Below are positions 49,953 to 60,157 of a stretch of 64,000 bases of DNA, in pieces; position 1 is the stretch's first letter, and every line of letters starts with the position of its first letter. Under the pieces are notes generated by a model. The model was not told where the DNA came from. It did no database searches and saw nothing but the letters and a program-made list of their open reading frames with translations. The translations under genes were made by a program, and so were the position numbers. This DNA is from an uncultured delta proteobacterium (lineage in GTDB: Bacteria > Desulfobacterota > Syntrophorhabdia > Syntrophorhabdales > WCHB1-27): assembly GCA_963810935.1 (NCBI GenBank), contig CAWEPK010000008.1:192001-256000 (forward strand). Reading direction: 5' to 3'.

Positions 49953-51716
49953 CTACTTTGCGCCCGCCTGCCTTTTGACCGGGCGCCCGCCATCCTTCTT
50001 CTTCTGCGGGCAGACGAAAAGGCACATCCCGCAGTTGACGCAAAGCCCCTCGTCCCGTTTGACCTTCTTTGCTTCCTCGTCGAAGATGAGGCCGGGACAA
50101 TCGAACAGCTTTACGCATATTTTGCAACCGTTGCACGTTGCGCTCAGGTCGAGGTCGTCGTAGTAGGCAGCTTTGCCCGCCTTCGAAAACAGCAGGCACG
50201 GGTGGCGCGCGATGACGGCGGCCGGCCCCCTGCCCTTCGATCGCATATAGTCCTGCGCCTCTTTGAGGGTTTTTATCATGAGAGGCGTATCGTACGGGTC
50301 GATTGTCCGGATGAACTCGACGCCCAGTCCCCGCACCGTTTCTTCGATTGAAACGCGATACTCGCTCTTGCCGTCGGCCCGCATTCCGCTCCCCGGCGTC
50401 GGTTGCATCCCGGTCATCGCCGTCGTGCCGTTATCCAGGATAACTGCGATGAACCGCTTGCCCGTATGCGCCGCGCCGTAGATCAGTGGAAGCGCAGCGT
50501 GGAAGAATGTGGAATCGCCGATAGTGGCAAGGATCGGCATCTCCTCGCCGTCCTGGTCGTAGGTTTCGAAGAATCCTGAGGCAAGGCTTATGCTGCCGCC
50601 CATGTCGACGCACGTATCGACTGCCCCCTGCGATGTTCCAAGGGTATAGCAGCCGATGTCTCCCGGAAATATGGCCTTGGGGAACGCCCGCCGCATTGCG
50701 TAAAAGGAGGACCTGTGGGGACAGCCCGCACAGAGCTTGGGAGGACGGGGCGGGAACGGCACGCTGCTCACAGCAGTTTCTATCGAGTCGTCGGCGGAGA
50801 ACCCGCGCGCCTTCAAGCCCGTCTCCCGCGCAACGTCCTGCACTATGGCACGCACTACGTCGTAGGTAAGCTCGCCCTGGCTGGGAACATGGCCCGTAGA
50901 CCTGCCCAAGACCTTCGTGCGGCCCGCTACGAGCGCCTCCAGCACCTCGTCCGTCTCCTCAAGGATGAGGATGCTGTCCACCGACTCCGCGAAACGGAGC
51001 AGGCCGGGTTGGCAAGGATATATCTGCGCCGCCTTGTAAAGCGAAACGCTTTTTTCGAGCCCGAGCTCCTGAAGCACGTCCATCGCGACGTTATATCCCA
51101 TGCCCGAAGAAATGACGCCCAGCTTTTTACCGCCGGACATCTTCACGCCCTCGTCGATAGCGCCTCCGGCAACGGGGGCGTCGAGGCTGATTGCCTCCCT
51201 CGCGTGGCTGACCCGGTGGGTAGACCTGAGCACGACGGGCCTGTGCGTCCGGACTGAATAGTCCAGCGCATAGGCTGCCAGCAGGCGCGCGTCTTCGGGA
51301 GAGGAGACGTCGAATACGGGAAAGCCGAACAGCATGGCGATAAGCCGGGAATCCTGCTCGGTCTGGGACGACTGCGGTCCCGGGTCGTCGCAGGAGATGA
51401 CGACCAACCCACCTTTGATCTTTACGTCCCTGCCCTTTATAAACGGGGTAAAGGCCACATTCAGCCCAACCTGTTTCATCATGCAGGCAACCTTCTTGCC
51501 GGCCATCGCGGCCCCGTAGGCAACCTCCATGGCAACCCGCTCGTTGACGGACCACTCTGTGTGAATCTCCCTGTTGAAGCGTTTCTTGAAATCGACCACG
51601 GCCGGCAGTATCTCCGAGCTGGGTGTGCCCGGATAAGCCGACGCGACCTCCAGCCCGGCCTCTACGAGACCGAGGGCTATCGCCTGGTTTCCGATCATAA
51701 CTTCTGTCTTGCTCAT
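49953..51716 (-). CDS. iorA: Indolepyruvate:ferredoxin oxidoreductase alpha subunit
   Basis: GNQAIALG, YPGTPSSEI, WSVNE, MKQVGLNVA, RPPKLCAGCPHR, GDIGCY, IGDSTFFH, DNGTTAMTG, two C-terminal 4Fe-4S motifs. Confidence 0.88.
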   Translation of the reverse strand: MSKTEVMIGNQAIALGLVEAGLEVASAYPGTPSSEILPAVVDFKKRFNREIHTEWSVNERVAMEVAYGAAMAGKKVACMMKQVGLNVAFTPFIKGRDVKIKGGLVVISCDDPGPQSSQTEQDSRLIAMLFGFPVFDVSSPEDARLLAAYALDYSVRTHRPVVLRSTHRVSHAREAISLDAPVAGGAIDEGVKMSGGKKLGVISSGMGYNVAMDVLQELGLEKSVSLYKAAQIYPCQPGLLRFAESVDSILILEETDEVLEALVAGRTKVLGRSTGHVPSQGELTYDVVRAIVQDVARETGLKARGFSADDSIETAVSSVPFPPRPPKLCAGCPHRSSFYAMRRAFPKAIFPGDIGCYTLGTSQGAVDTCVDMGGSISLASGFFETYDQDGEEMPILATIGDSTFFHAALPLIYGAAHTGKRFIAVILDNGTTAMTGMQPTPGSGMRADGKSEYRVSIEETVRGLGVEFIRTIDPYDTPLMIKTLKEAQDYMRSKGRGPAAVIARHPCLLFSKAGKAAYYDDLDLSATCNGCKICVKLFDCPGLIFDEEAKKVKRDEGLCVNCGMCLFVCPQKKKDGGRPVKRQAGAK

Positions 51717-52303
51717 ACCCTCACCCCACGCCGCGCTGCCGCGCGCCCGGCCTCGCTCCTTCCTTCCTCACATACCGCCCGGTTCATCTCGAAGAGCCTG
51801 GCCGGGACTTTGCGCCCGATTGCGCCGAGGATATTCTCGAAGACATACGGGCCGAAGGCGAAGTGCGAGAAGAAGCCGAGCATCGCCATGTTGGAGGCCT
51901 GTATAGCGCCGTGGCGGTTCGCGATGGCGTCCGCGTCGACGAAGTGCCACTCTATATCTCTTGACTCAAGCAGGGCGCGGACCGTTGGAGGCATCTCACG
52001 CCCCGCGGAGTTGATAATCGCAAGGCCGCCTCTCCTCAGGAAAGTCAGGTTGCGGTAAAATTCACTCTCTTCGAAGGAAAGGAGGGCGTCCGCGTTTTCC
52101 CTGCCCACGAAGGGGCTGCGGAAAGTGCCGATCTTCAACATCGAGACGACCGAGCCGCCCCTCTGGCTCATGCCCAGCTCATCGGAAGCCATCGCGTGGT
52201 ATCCCGCGGCGGTAGCTGTCTCTATAAGGACCGCCGACGCGAGGAGCACGCCCCTTCCGCCTACGCCCGAGCAGACAATCTCCCACTTTGACGGCCGTTT
52301 CAT
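51713..52303 (-). CDS. iorB: Indolepyruvate:ferredoxin oxidoreductase beta subunit
   Basis: SGVGGRGVLLA, GMSQRGGSV, NMAMLG. Confidence 0.88.
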   Translation of the reverse strand: MKRPSKWEIVCSGVGGRGVLLASAVLIETATAAGYHAMASDELGMSQRGGSVVSMLKIGTFRSPFVGRENADALLSFEESEFYRNLTFLRRGGLAIINSAGREMPPTVRALLESRDIEWHFVDADAIANRHGAIQASNMAMLGFFSHFAFGPYVFENILGAIGRKVPARLFEMNRAVCEEGRSEAGRAAARRGVRV

Positions 52304-53514
52304 AAATCACCTTCGTGCAGAAGCACGGTAAGGCGTGCCTCGCGCTTGTATTTCCCGATGTCGCCGGACGACGCCAGCCGCACGATATGCTCGAAGCCGA
52401 AGCCCCGGAGCGCATCCGAGACCGTCTTTTCCATACCGTTCGTCTTTATTGCGAGCAGGTAGTCCGATCCGTTATAGATCGTGTTGACGAACGCGGCCAG
52501 GCCCGAATGGAGGAAGGAGCCCGCGTCGGTAACTGCAAGGATATTCCTGGCCCCCGCTTTTGCCATGCCATGGGCGATGTTTATCGACGATGCCGGACCG
52601 AGACGGTCCCTGATGACGGTAAGGCCCGAAAGCTTCCCGCCTGATGCCGGCCTCTCGCCTTTTTCGGCACGCGCCGGTGTGCCTTTGCAGAGCCGCCCAT
52701 CAATTCCGCCCATGCGCAATTGCACCTCAATGCCCGGATAAGCCCCTTCGATGACCTGCACTCGTTTCATGTCAGCAGCAAATTGCGACACAAGGCGGAC
52801 GGGCAGCGGGAAGACCGACCCAAGGGAAAGGACGCTCGCGTTTTGTGACATCTCTTCAGTGCAGGCCCGGTGTGTCAGCACGCCTTGCGTCCCTCTGACG
52901 TTCATCACGTTCCCGGCGTACGTCTCGAACTCGTCGCGAATGCGCTCTATCTTTGCATTCAACGCCTTATGGAGCTGGTACCTGAATTTCGGTATTGCGG
53001 CCCACCGCCCCGTGTCTTTCACGAAAGCGGAAGCCCCGTCAGCCGCCGCCGCCTTCCGCCGCGTGATGCCTTCAGGCGGGAGTGTCTCGACAATGCAGGG
53101 CATCTCGTATCTCGCCGACAGGTCGAACGCAAACGACAGGGCGGACGACAGGTCGCGGGCCGTCCCGTCCGACACCAGGATGGGGAGCTTCGAGAACGGT
53201 CCGAGGGGCGTCGCATCCAGGGGCCCCTCCTTGACGCAGACCACGACGAAGGCGCCCTTCACGCCCGTATAAGCAGAGCTCATAAGCGGGTCGAGCGCAT
53301 CGTAAAGGCCTTCGACGGAGAAGAGGCAGGCGGTCTTTTTCGCGGCATACGACCCGGCAAGGGCCATCTCGTATGCCGCCTGCTCGTTGACGCACGATTC
53401 AAAATGCACGCCCGGCGGCGCCTTGCCGGCTAAATCCGGCATGCCCGCAGTATAGACGAGCCTGGGTCCGAACGAAAGTATCAGATTGAAAAGGTTGGGG
53501 TACATGGATGTCAT
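52300..53514 (-). CDS. Degenerate IorA-like protein lacking catalytic and Fe-S motifs
   Basis: NEQAAYEMALAGS, DPLMSSAYTGVKG, RYEMP, SFLHSGL.AFVNTIYN align with IorA; no YPGTP, CxGCPH, GDIGC or ferredoxin motifs. Confidence 0.7.
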   Translation of the reverse strand: MTSMYPNLFNLILSFGPRLVYTAGMPDLAGKAPPGVHFESCVNEQAAYEMALAGSYAAKKTACLFSVEGLYDALDPLMSSAYTGVKGAFVVVCVKEGPLDATPLGPFSKLPILVSDGTARDLSSALSFAFDLSARYEMPCIVETLPPEGITRRKAAAADGASAFVKDTGRWAAIPKFRYQLHKALNAKIERIRDEFETYAGNVMNVRGTQGVLTHRACTEEMSQNASVLSLGSVFPLPVRLVSQFAADMKRVQVIEGAYPGIEVQLRMGGIDGRLCKGTPARAEKGERPASGGKLSGLTVIRDRLGPASSINIAHGMAKAGARNILAVTDAGSFLHSGLAAFVNTIYNGSDYLLAIKTNGMEKTVSDALRGFGFEHIVRLASSGDIGKYKREARLTVLLHEGDL

Positions 53515-53548
53515 TCGCTCACTATATATACCATATTATTTTGGATTT

Positions 53549-55273
53549 TCACTTGCGCGGCCTTTTCCGGCCGCGCAGCGCTCTGGTGGCCTTGACGTCT
53601 GCTTTCATCGAGACAGGGTCGATTACCACCCCGTACTCGCTCTTTGCTGCTTCGACGGAGACATAACCTTCCGCTACGTCGCTCTCCACCATCTCCGGGT
53701 CTCTCTCGAACGGCTCCCCGTAACCGCCGCCGCCGGGCGCGTCTATCGTTACAACGTCGCCGGGGACAAGCTGCGTGAGGCCGTAAGGGTTGCCGGGGGT
53801 GGTATTCACCAGAAACCGCGCGCGCGCTCCGGGACGCCCTCCGAAAAGGCCCTCCGGCGGATAGACGTACCGCCCCGACTGCATCCCGAGGTTCACGGGA
53901 GGCACGGGCGCGTAGGCATCGTTGGGGACTTTGAAGACGATCCTCTTGCCAAGACCGCCCTTCATCCTTCCCGGCCCTGCGGAGTCGGATAGAAGCTCCC
54001 TTCTCTCGACGATCAGGGGCGTATCGCTCTCGAAAATCTCCACCGGGGTGCCCGCGCCGTTCGCCGGGAATATGTACACGTAATTGCCGTCGTTCGAGCT
54101 GCCGGCGCCCATGCCGCCGCCCCTTATGACTACCGAGTGCCACGGCCTGCCGTTGTTCCTCTTTCCGTAGAAGACGTTCATTACCGCAGGAGTGCCTCCG
54201 CTCGCCGCTATCACCTTGGACGGCATGGCGGAGGACAATGCCCTGTAAATGATCTCCGTGAGGAAGTGGCCTATCACGAGCCGGGCTGCGACCGCCGCAG
54301 GGAAGCGGCAATTGACGACGCTCCCTTCCGGCGCCGTAAGGTGGAGAGGCTTCGCGCACCCGTCGTTATTCGGGATGTCGGGACCGAACATGCTCTTCAT
54401 CGCCATAAAGACATACGCATAGGTAAAGTTGAACACTACGTTGCCGCCCCAGTTGACCTGCGGCGAGGAGCCGGAGAGGTCAACGCTGATGTCGCTCCCC
54501 TTCACCCTTACTGCGGCTTTTATGACGACGTCGCCGCTGCCTTTCGTCTGCTCCACGATGCCTTCAGCCCGGTAGAGCCCGTCCGGGACTTTGGCGATCT
54601 CTTCCCGCATGCTCTTTTCCGTTCGGCCGATGATCTCGTCCGCAAGGTCGTCCAGGTCGGACAGGTGGTTCTCCCTGAGCATCCGGCCTACTTTGTCGGC
54701 GCACACGTGGTTGGCCGCAATCTGCGACCGTATGTCGCCTATCACTTCATCGGGGGTCCGGACGTTCCACCGGATCATTTCCATCACCGACTCGTTAAGG
54801 ACGCCGCCGTCATACAGCTTTACGAGAGGGATGAAAAGGCCCTCTTCGAAAACGTCGTGGTTGTCCGACGAGACGCGGCCGCCGATATCGGAATGATGGA
54901 AAACGCACGCGGTAAAGGCGACGACCTTGTGCTCGTAGAATATCGGACTCATGACGCAGACGTCGTTCAGGTGGCCCGCAAGCGCCCACGGGTCGTTCGT
55001 TATGAAAACGTCGCCCGGCTTATACTCGCTGACCGGCGTGCGCATCACCAGGTTCTTGATCCCCAGCGCCATCGCGCCCGACTGGCCCGGCGTCGCAAAG
55101 CTCCCCTGCGCAAGCTCGCGCCCTTTGCGGTCGGTGAACATGCAAGTGTAATCGTGCGCGTCGCGCAGCAGGCTCGAAAAAGCCGTGCGGGCGACCGTGC
55201 CGTCCGCTTCATCCACTATCGATATCAGCCTTCGCCAGAGTATTTCCAGCGTAATCGGATCGAAAGACGCCAT
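53549..55273 (-). CDS. Hydantoinase B / oxoprolinase family subunit
   Basis: DPITLEILW, TAFSSLLRDAHD, NDPW..GHLND, HHSDIGG, PGGGGYG; ATG 55273. Confidence 0.9.
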   Translation of the reverse strand: MASFDPITLEILWRRLISIVDEADGTVARTAFSSLLRDAHDYTCMFTDRKGRELAQGSFATPGQSGAMALGIKNLVMRTPVSEYKPGDVFITNDPWALAGHLNDVCVMSPIFYEHKVVAFTACVFHHSDIGGRVSSDNHDVFEEGLFIPLVKLYDGGVLNESVMEMIRWNVRTPDEVIGDIRSQIAANHVCADKVGRMLRENHLSDLDDLADEIIGRTEKSMREEIAKVPDGLYRAEGIVEQTKGSGDVVIKAAVRVKGSDISVDLSGSSPQVNWGGNVVFNFTYAYVFMAMKSMFGPDIPNNDGCAKPLHLTAPEGSVVNCRFPAAVAARLVIGHFLTEIIYRALSSAMPSKVIAASGGTPAVMNVFYGKRNNGRPWHSVVIRGGGMGAGSSNDGNYVYIFPANGAGTPVEIFESDTPLIVERRELLSDSAGPGRMKGGLGKRIVFKVPNDAYAPVPPVNLGMQSGRYVYPPEGLFGGRPGARARFLVNTTPGNPYGLTQLVPGDVVTIDAPGGGGYGEPFERDPEMVESDVAEGYVSVEAAKSEYGVVIDPVSMKADVKATRALRGRKRPRK

Positions 55274-55274
55274 T

Positions 55275-57377
55275 TCACGCCTCCTTAAGGTCGACTCGAA
55301 GGAACCCGAACTCGTCCGTCCGCACCAGCGCATTCTCGCCCACAATGAGAGTCGATTCCCTCTCCTCGATGATGGCCGGGCCCCGGAAAAGAGCGCCGGG
55401 GAAGAGCTTGTAACGGTCATAAACGGTGTGGGGGATGAAGTCATTGGCGACCGGCGAGTACGCCTTGCGCGTGCCCTTGATCGCAGCTTCAAGGTGCTGG
55501 CCTTTCTTCTTTGTCAGCTTCGGCAGTTGCAGCAGCTTCTCCGGCAGCACTGCCCTCACCTTGAAGTTGATGAACTCGATCTCGGAGTCGGGATACGTCC
55601 TGCCGTACAGCTTCTCGTAAACCTGGTCGAAGAGCCGGCGCACCTCGGCCCTCTGCATATCGGGGAAAGGCTTTGCGGGGATGGGCACATTGGTCTCCGC
55701 GCCCTGGCCGACAAAGCGCATATCGAGCGACCTCTCGAAGCGGATCGACGCGCCCGGGCCGTCCTTTTGCAGCGTAGCGGCGGCTTCCCCTTCCAACGCT
55801 TTGAAAATAGCCTCTATCTCCTCGAACTTTGCTTCGGCGAGCGCAACCTTGTGGCTCCTCAGCAGGTCGAACGCGCGGGGCGCGGTGAAAAAGCCGAGCG
55901 CGGAGCCGACGCCCGCGTTCGGTGGGACCAGCAGGCGCGGCGCTCCCAGCTTTTGAGCCAGGCCATACGCGTGCACCGGGCCCGCGCCGCCGAAGGCAGC
56001 GATGGTCACTATCTTCGGGTTGCCGCCCTTCTCCGCGATGTGCGTCTTTGCGGCGGCTGCCATCGTCTCGTTTATGACGTCGTGAATACCCCAGACGGCC
56101 TTCACGTACGAAACCTCGAGGGGCCCGGCTATGCGCTCCATTACGGCGCGCCTGGCAGCCTCCTTGTCGAGCTTCATCTCGCCGCCGAGGAAATAATTCT
56201 CGTCGAGGTAGCCGAGCAGAAGGTCTGCGTCCGTGACGCACGGATCGACGCCGCCCCTGCCGTAGCAGACGGGTCCGGGGTCCGCGCTGGAGCTTTCCGG
56301 CCCCACCTGGAGCGTCCCCATTTTGCTCACTTTCGCGATGCTCCCGCCGCCCGCGCCTATCTCCATGAGGTCTACGACCGGCACCTGTATCGTGAGGCCG
56401 CTCCCCTTCATGAAACGCTGCACGCGGCCCACCTCGAACGTCGGCACAACGCCTGCGACGCCTTTCTGTATCAGGCATGACTTCGCGGTCGTGCCGCCCA
56501 TGTCGAAGCAGAACATCTCAGGGATATCGAAGTGCTTCCCGTAATACTGGCCCGCTATAACCGCAGCCGTGGGCCCTGACTCGATGATGCGGACCGGGAA
56601 CCGGGCGGCCGTCTCGACGGACGTGACGCCGCCGGAAGAGAGCATTATGAAGAGCTTCCCACGGAAGCCGATCGATTCCAGCTTGCCCTGGAGCTTTGAC
56701 AGGTACTTGCCGGTCAGCGGCTTGACGTAGGCGTTCGTGACCGTGGTGCTCGTCCTCTCGTATTCCTTTATCTGCGGAAGGACTTCGTAGGAGATCGATA
56801 TCGGGACGCCGGGCATCTCCTCTTCGAGGATCCGCTTGAGAGTCAGCTCGTGGGCGGGGTTCTCGAAGGAATTGAGCAGGCAGACGGCAACCGATTCTAT
56901 GCCGAGGGCAGGCAAGGATTTTACCAGGCGTCTCGCCTCCTGGACCTTCATCGCCTTGAGCACGGTGCCGTCGCTGCGCACTCTTTCGTCCACCTCGAAG
57001 CGGAACCTCCTCGGTATCAGCGGCTCCGGGAACTCCGCGAAGATGTCATAAGGGGCATAGCGTATCTCACGGCCGATCTCCAGCACGTCCCGAAAGCCCT
57101 TCGTCGTAATAAGGGCCGTCCTGGCGCCTTTCCGTTCGATTATGGAGTTGATGACGAGCGTGGTGCCGTGGATAAGCTCGTTGAGCTTCGGCACGAAGCC
57201 GGCGACGTCTTTCTCCAATGTCCTTATGCCCTGCTCCACCGCGTCCGACGGGTCCCTCGGCGTCGTAAGGCATTTGCTCGTCCTTATCTCGCCGGTTTCG
57301 TCGTCCAGAAGGACGAAGTCCGTGAACGTCCCGCCGATATCGCAGCCCAGCCGGTAATGCTTATCATCCTTCTTCAC
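55275..57377 (-). CDS. Hydantoinase A / oxoprolinase family subunit (ATP-binding)
   Basis: DIGGTFTD, HGTT, EYERTSTT, ESGP, DMGGTT, IGAGGGSI, FGGAGP. Confidence 0.92.
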   Translation of the reverse strand: MKKDDKHYRLGCDIGGTFTDFVLLDDETGEIRTSKCLTTPRDPSDAVEQGIRTLEKDVAGFVPKLNELIHGTTLVINSIIERKGARTALITTKGFRDVLEIGREIRYAPYDIFAEFPEPLIPRRFRFEVDERVRSDGTVLKAMKVQEARRLVKSLPALGIESVAVCLLNSFENPAHELTLKRILEEEMPGVPISISYEVLPQIKEYERTSTTVTNAYVKPLTGKYLSKLQGKLESIGFRGKLFIMLSSGGVTSVETAARFPVRIIESGPTAAVIAGQYYGKHFDIPEMFCFDMGGTTAKSCLIQKGVAGVVPTFEVGRVQRFMKGSGLTIQVPVVDLMEIGAGGGSIAKVSKMGTLQVGPESSSADPGPVCYGRGGVDPCVTDADLLLGYLDENYFLGGEMKLDKEAARRAVMERIAGPLEVSYVKAVWGIHDVINETMAAAAKTHIAEKGGNPKIVTIAAFGGAGPVHAYGLAQKLGAPRLLVPPNAGVGSALGFFTAPRAFDLLRSHKVALAEAKFEEIEAIFKALEGEAAATLQKDGPGASIRFERSLDMRFVGQGAETNVPIPAKPFPDMQRAEVRRLFDQVYEKLYGRTYPDSEIEFINFKVRAVLPEKLLQLPKLTKKKGQHLEAAIKGTRKAYSPVANDFIPHTVYDRYKLFPGALFRGPAIIEERESTLIVGENALVRTDEFGFLRVDLKEA

Positions 57378-59683
57378 GCCGCTCCCCCTTCCTTTTCTTT
57401 TGCCTTAAGCGCAGCGAGCACTTTTTCCGGGGTTATGGGCAGGTCCCTTATCCTCACGCCTATCGCGTCGTACACGGCGTTCGCGATTGCCGGCGCAGTC
57501 GGCACCAGGCCCGGCTCGCCTATACCTTTCGCCCCGAACGGACCATCCTTCTCGTCCGTCTCGACTATGACCGCCTGCATGGGCGGTATGTCCCTCGCCG
57601 TAAGGATCTTGTAATCCAGGTAATTCGGGTTCATCAGCCTGCCGTCTTTGTAGACCATCTTCTCCGAAAGGGCGTAGCCGAGGCCCATAGCGCCGCCTCC
57701 CGATATCTGCCCTTCGAGGAGCATCGGGTTGAGGGCCTTGCCGACGTCGTGGGCTGCCACGTAATTGATGACCTTGACCCTGCCCGTCTCCTTGTCGACC
57801 TCGACCTCGACGCCGTGCGCGCCATAGGCGTAGGTGACGGAGAGGTTCCCTTTAAGCTCCCGGTCGAGGCACTCGTTCGGCGGGTCGTAAAAATATTCCG
57901 CCATGAGCATCTTGCCGCCCGACATGTAGTGCGCGTTCCGCAGGATTTTGGCTAGGGAGATGTTCTTTTCTTTATTGTGTCTCGCGTAAATGAGGCCGGG
58001 CGCCAGCTCCAGCCCCGACGGGTCTTCGTTCAACGCCTCGGCGGCCGCTTCAAGGATCTGCTGCTTGATCTTCATAGCCGCGCCCAGCGCCGAGTTGCCG
58101 CCGACGAACGTGGTACGGCTCGCATGGACGCCCACGTCCCATGGGCAAACGTCCGTATCATTGTTGATCACGTTCACGTCGTCCGTCGAGATGCCGAGCA
58201 CCTCCGCGACGATCTGGGCGATGATCGTGTCCGACCCCTGGCCTATGTCCGACGAGCCGGTGAAGACGTCCACCTTGCAGTAGTCGTCCATCTTGATGAT
58301 CGTGCCGCACCCGTCTGACTTGTAGACCCTCGCTCCCCCGCCGACGTGGATGAGGGTGGCCATGCCGAAACCTCTTCCTTCCTTGGCCTTGCGCTTCCCG
58401 CTCCAGCCCAGCCTGCTTTTGACCTCCGACATGCATTCCTTCATGCCGCAGGTGGTGATCTTCAGCTTCTGGGGCGTAAACTCTCCGGGCTCGTTCGCGT
58501 TCTTCAGCCTGAAATCGTAAGGTTCAATCCCCGCCTTCTCCGCAAGCTCTTCGAGGGAAGACTCGATGGCGAACGTTGCCTGGGGGTTGCCGTAACCTCT
58601 CATGGCCTGGCTATACGTATTGTTCGTATAAACACACTTGGCGATATATTTGATGTTCGGCACTTTATATAGCGAGGAGATGGGCATCATCATGACCGAC
58701 GGCGTCGTCGCCCCCCATGACGTATAGGCCCCGTTGTCGAGGATCATCTCCATGTCCCTGAAGAGTAGCTTTCCTTCTTTGGTGCAACCTTGCGAGATGC
58801 GGGTGATCGTGGGCTGCCTGGGCGACGTAGCCAGGAACTCCTCTTCCCGCGTGAAGACGATCTTAACCGGCCGCCTGGCAGCCATGGCCAGTAGTATCGC
58901 GATATATTCATAAGCGTAGGTGTCCAGCTTGCTCCCGAAACCACCTCCTATGGTGGTCTGGATGACCCTGACCCGCTTGCCTTTCAGGCCGAAGACGCCG
59001 AGCGCCTCCATGAAATCCTTCTGCGCCAGGGATGGTATCTGCGTGTTGCTGTACATCGTAAGGTTCTTAGTAGAGTCGAACTGGGCGATGCACCCGCTGG
59101 TGCCCATGCAGCAGTGGGTAACCCATTGCGTGCTGTACGAGCCTTCCACTATGAAGGCCGCCTCTTTCTTCGCCGCCTCAACGTCGCCGGAAACCAGCCG
59201 CCAGGGCAGGTTGAGGATATTGGTGGGCTTCTTCTCTTTGCCGCCCAGGTGGTCTTCGTGTATCAGGGGCGCGCCTTCTTTCATCGCCTCAAGAGGGTCG
59301 AAGACGGCAGGCAGCTCCTCGTACTCGACCTCGATCAGGTCGAGGGCGTCTTCGGCAATCTCCGGGTCCGTCGCGGCGACCGCGGCAATCTCATCCCTCA
59401 GAGAACAGACCTTGTCCTTCTTGAGCGGCGGGTTGTCCTTATAGACGCCCATCTTGAAAGGCGGGACCGAGGCGCCCGTGATGACCGCTTTCACGCCCGG
59501 AAGATTCTCCGCCCGGGAAGTATCTATGCGTTTTATACGCGCGTGGGGATAACGACTGTATAATATCTTTCCGTAGAGCATTCCGGGCAGTGCCAGGTCC
59601 TGGATGTAGGAGGCCTCACCCGTCACTTTGGCCGGCGCGTCCTTCTTGGATATCCTTTTTCCTACGGCAGTCAGCTCCATCAT
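57374..59683 (-). CDS. Xanthine dehydrogenase family molybdopterin-binding subunit
   Basis: KVTGEA.Y, GGGFGSK, AMRGYGNPQ, ASRTT, GPFGAKGIGEP, LPITPEKV. Confidence 0.92.
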   Translation of the reverse strand: MMELTAVGKRISKKDAPAKVTGEASYIQDLALPGMLYGKILYSRYPHARIKRIDTSRAENLPGVKAVITGASVPPFKMGVYKDNPPLKKDKVCSLRDEIAAVAATDPEIAEDALDLIEVEYEELPAVFDPLEAMKEGAPLIHEDHLGGKEKKPTNILNLPWRLVSGDVEAAKKEAAFIVEGSYSTQWVTHCCMGTSGCIAQFDSTKNLTMYSNTQIPSLAQKDFMEALGVFGLKGKRVRVIQTTIGGGFGSKLDTYAYEYIAILLAMAARRPVKIVFTREEEFLATSPRQPTITRISQGCTKEGKLLFRDMEMILDNGAYTSWGATTPSVMMMPISSLYKVPNIKYIAKCVYTNNTYSQAMRGYGNPQATFAIESSLEELAEKAGIEPYDFRLKNANEPGEFTPQKLKITTCGMKECMSEVKSRLGWSGKRKAKEGRGFGMATLIHVGGGARVYKSDGCGTIIKMDDYCKVDVFTGSSDIGQGSDTIIAQIVAEVLGISTDDVNVINNDTDVCPWDVGVHASRTTFVGGNSALGAAMKIKQQILEAAAEALNEDPSGLELAPGLIYARHNKEKNISLAKILRNAHYMSGGKMLMAEYFYDPPNECLDRELKGNLSVTYAYGAHGVEVEVDKETGRVKVINYVAAHDVGKALNPMLLEGQISGGGAMGLGYALSEKMVYKDGRLMNPNYLDYKILTARDIPPMQAVIVETDEKDGPFGAKGIGEPGLVPTAPAIANAVYDAIGVRIRDLPITPEKVLAALKAKEKEGGAA

Positions 59684-60147
59684 CCACCTCCCACGGCGGA
59701 CTTAATGGCCTCAATAATTTGAACGTACCCCGTACATCTGCACAGATTGCCTTCTATGCCCTCCTTGATCTCATCATCGGTAGGCCGGACATTCTCATCC
59801 AGCAAGGCATAAGCAGACATGATCATCCCTGGCGAGCAGAAGCCGCACTGAACGGCCCCGTGCTCGATGAAGGCTACCTGGAGCGGATGGAGGCTGCCGT
59901 CTTTCGCCGTCAGGCCCTCGATGGTCTTCACGCTGCACCCTCCCGCCTCTATCGCGGGGAAAAGGCAGGAATTGACCGCTTTCCCATCGACGATCACCGT
60001 ACAGGCCCCGCATTCACCATGGCCGCACCCTTCCTTCGTCCCTTTAAGACCCATAACCTCCCGCAATAGATAGAGGAGGGTCCAGTGGGGTTCCACCTCC
60101 GTCCCGACGGTCTCGCCGTTCAGAACAAATGAAATTTCTTTCTTCAT
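59680..60147 (-). CDS. Xanthine dehydrogenase family (2Fe-2S) subunit
   Basis: GCGHGECGACTV, QCGFCSPG, GNLCRCTGY. Confidence 0.95.
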   Translation of the reverse strand: MKKEISFVLNGETVGTEVEPHWTLLYLLREVMGLKGTKEGCGHGECGACTVIVDGKAVNSCLFPAIEAGGCSVKTIEGLTAKDGSLHPLQVAFIEHGAVQCGFCSPGMIMSAYALLDENVRPTDDEIKEGIEGNLCRCTGYVQIIEAIKSAVGGG

Positions 60148-60157
60148 CCTTTCACCC

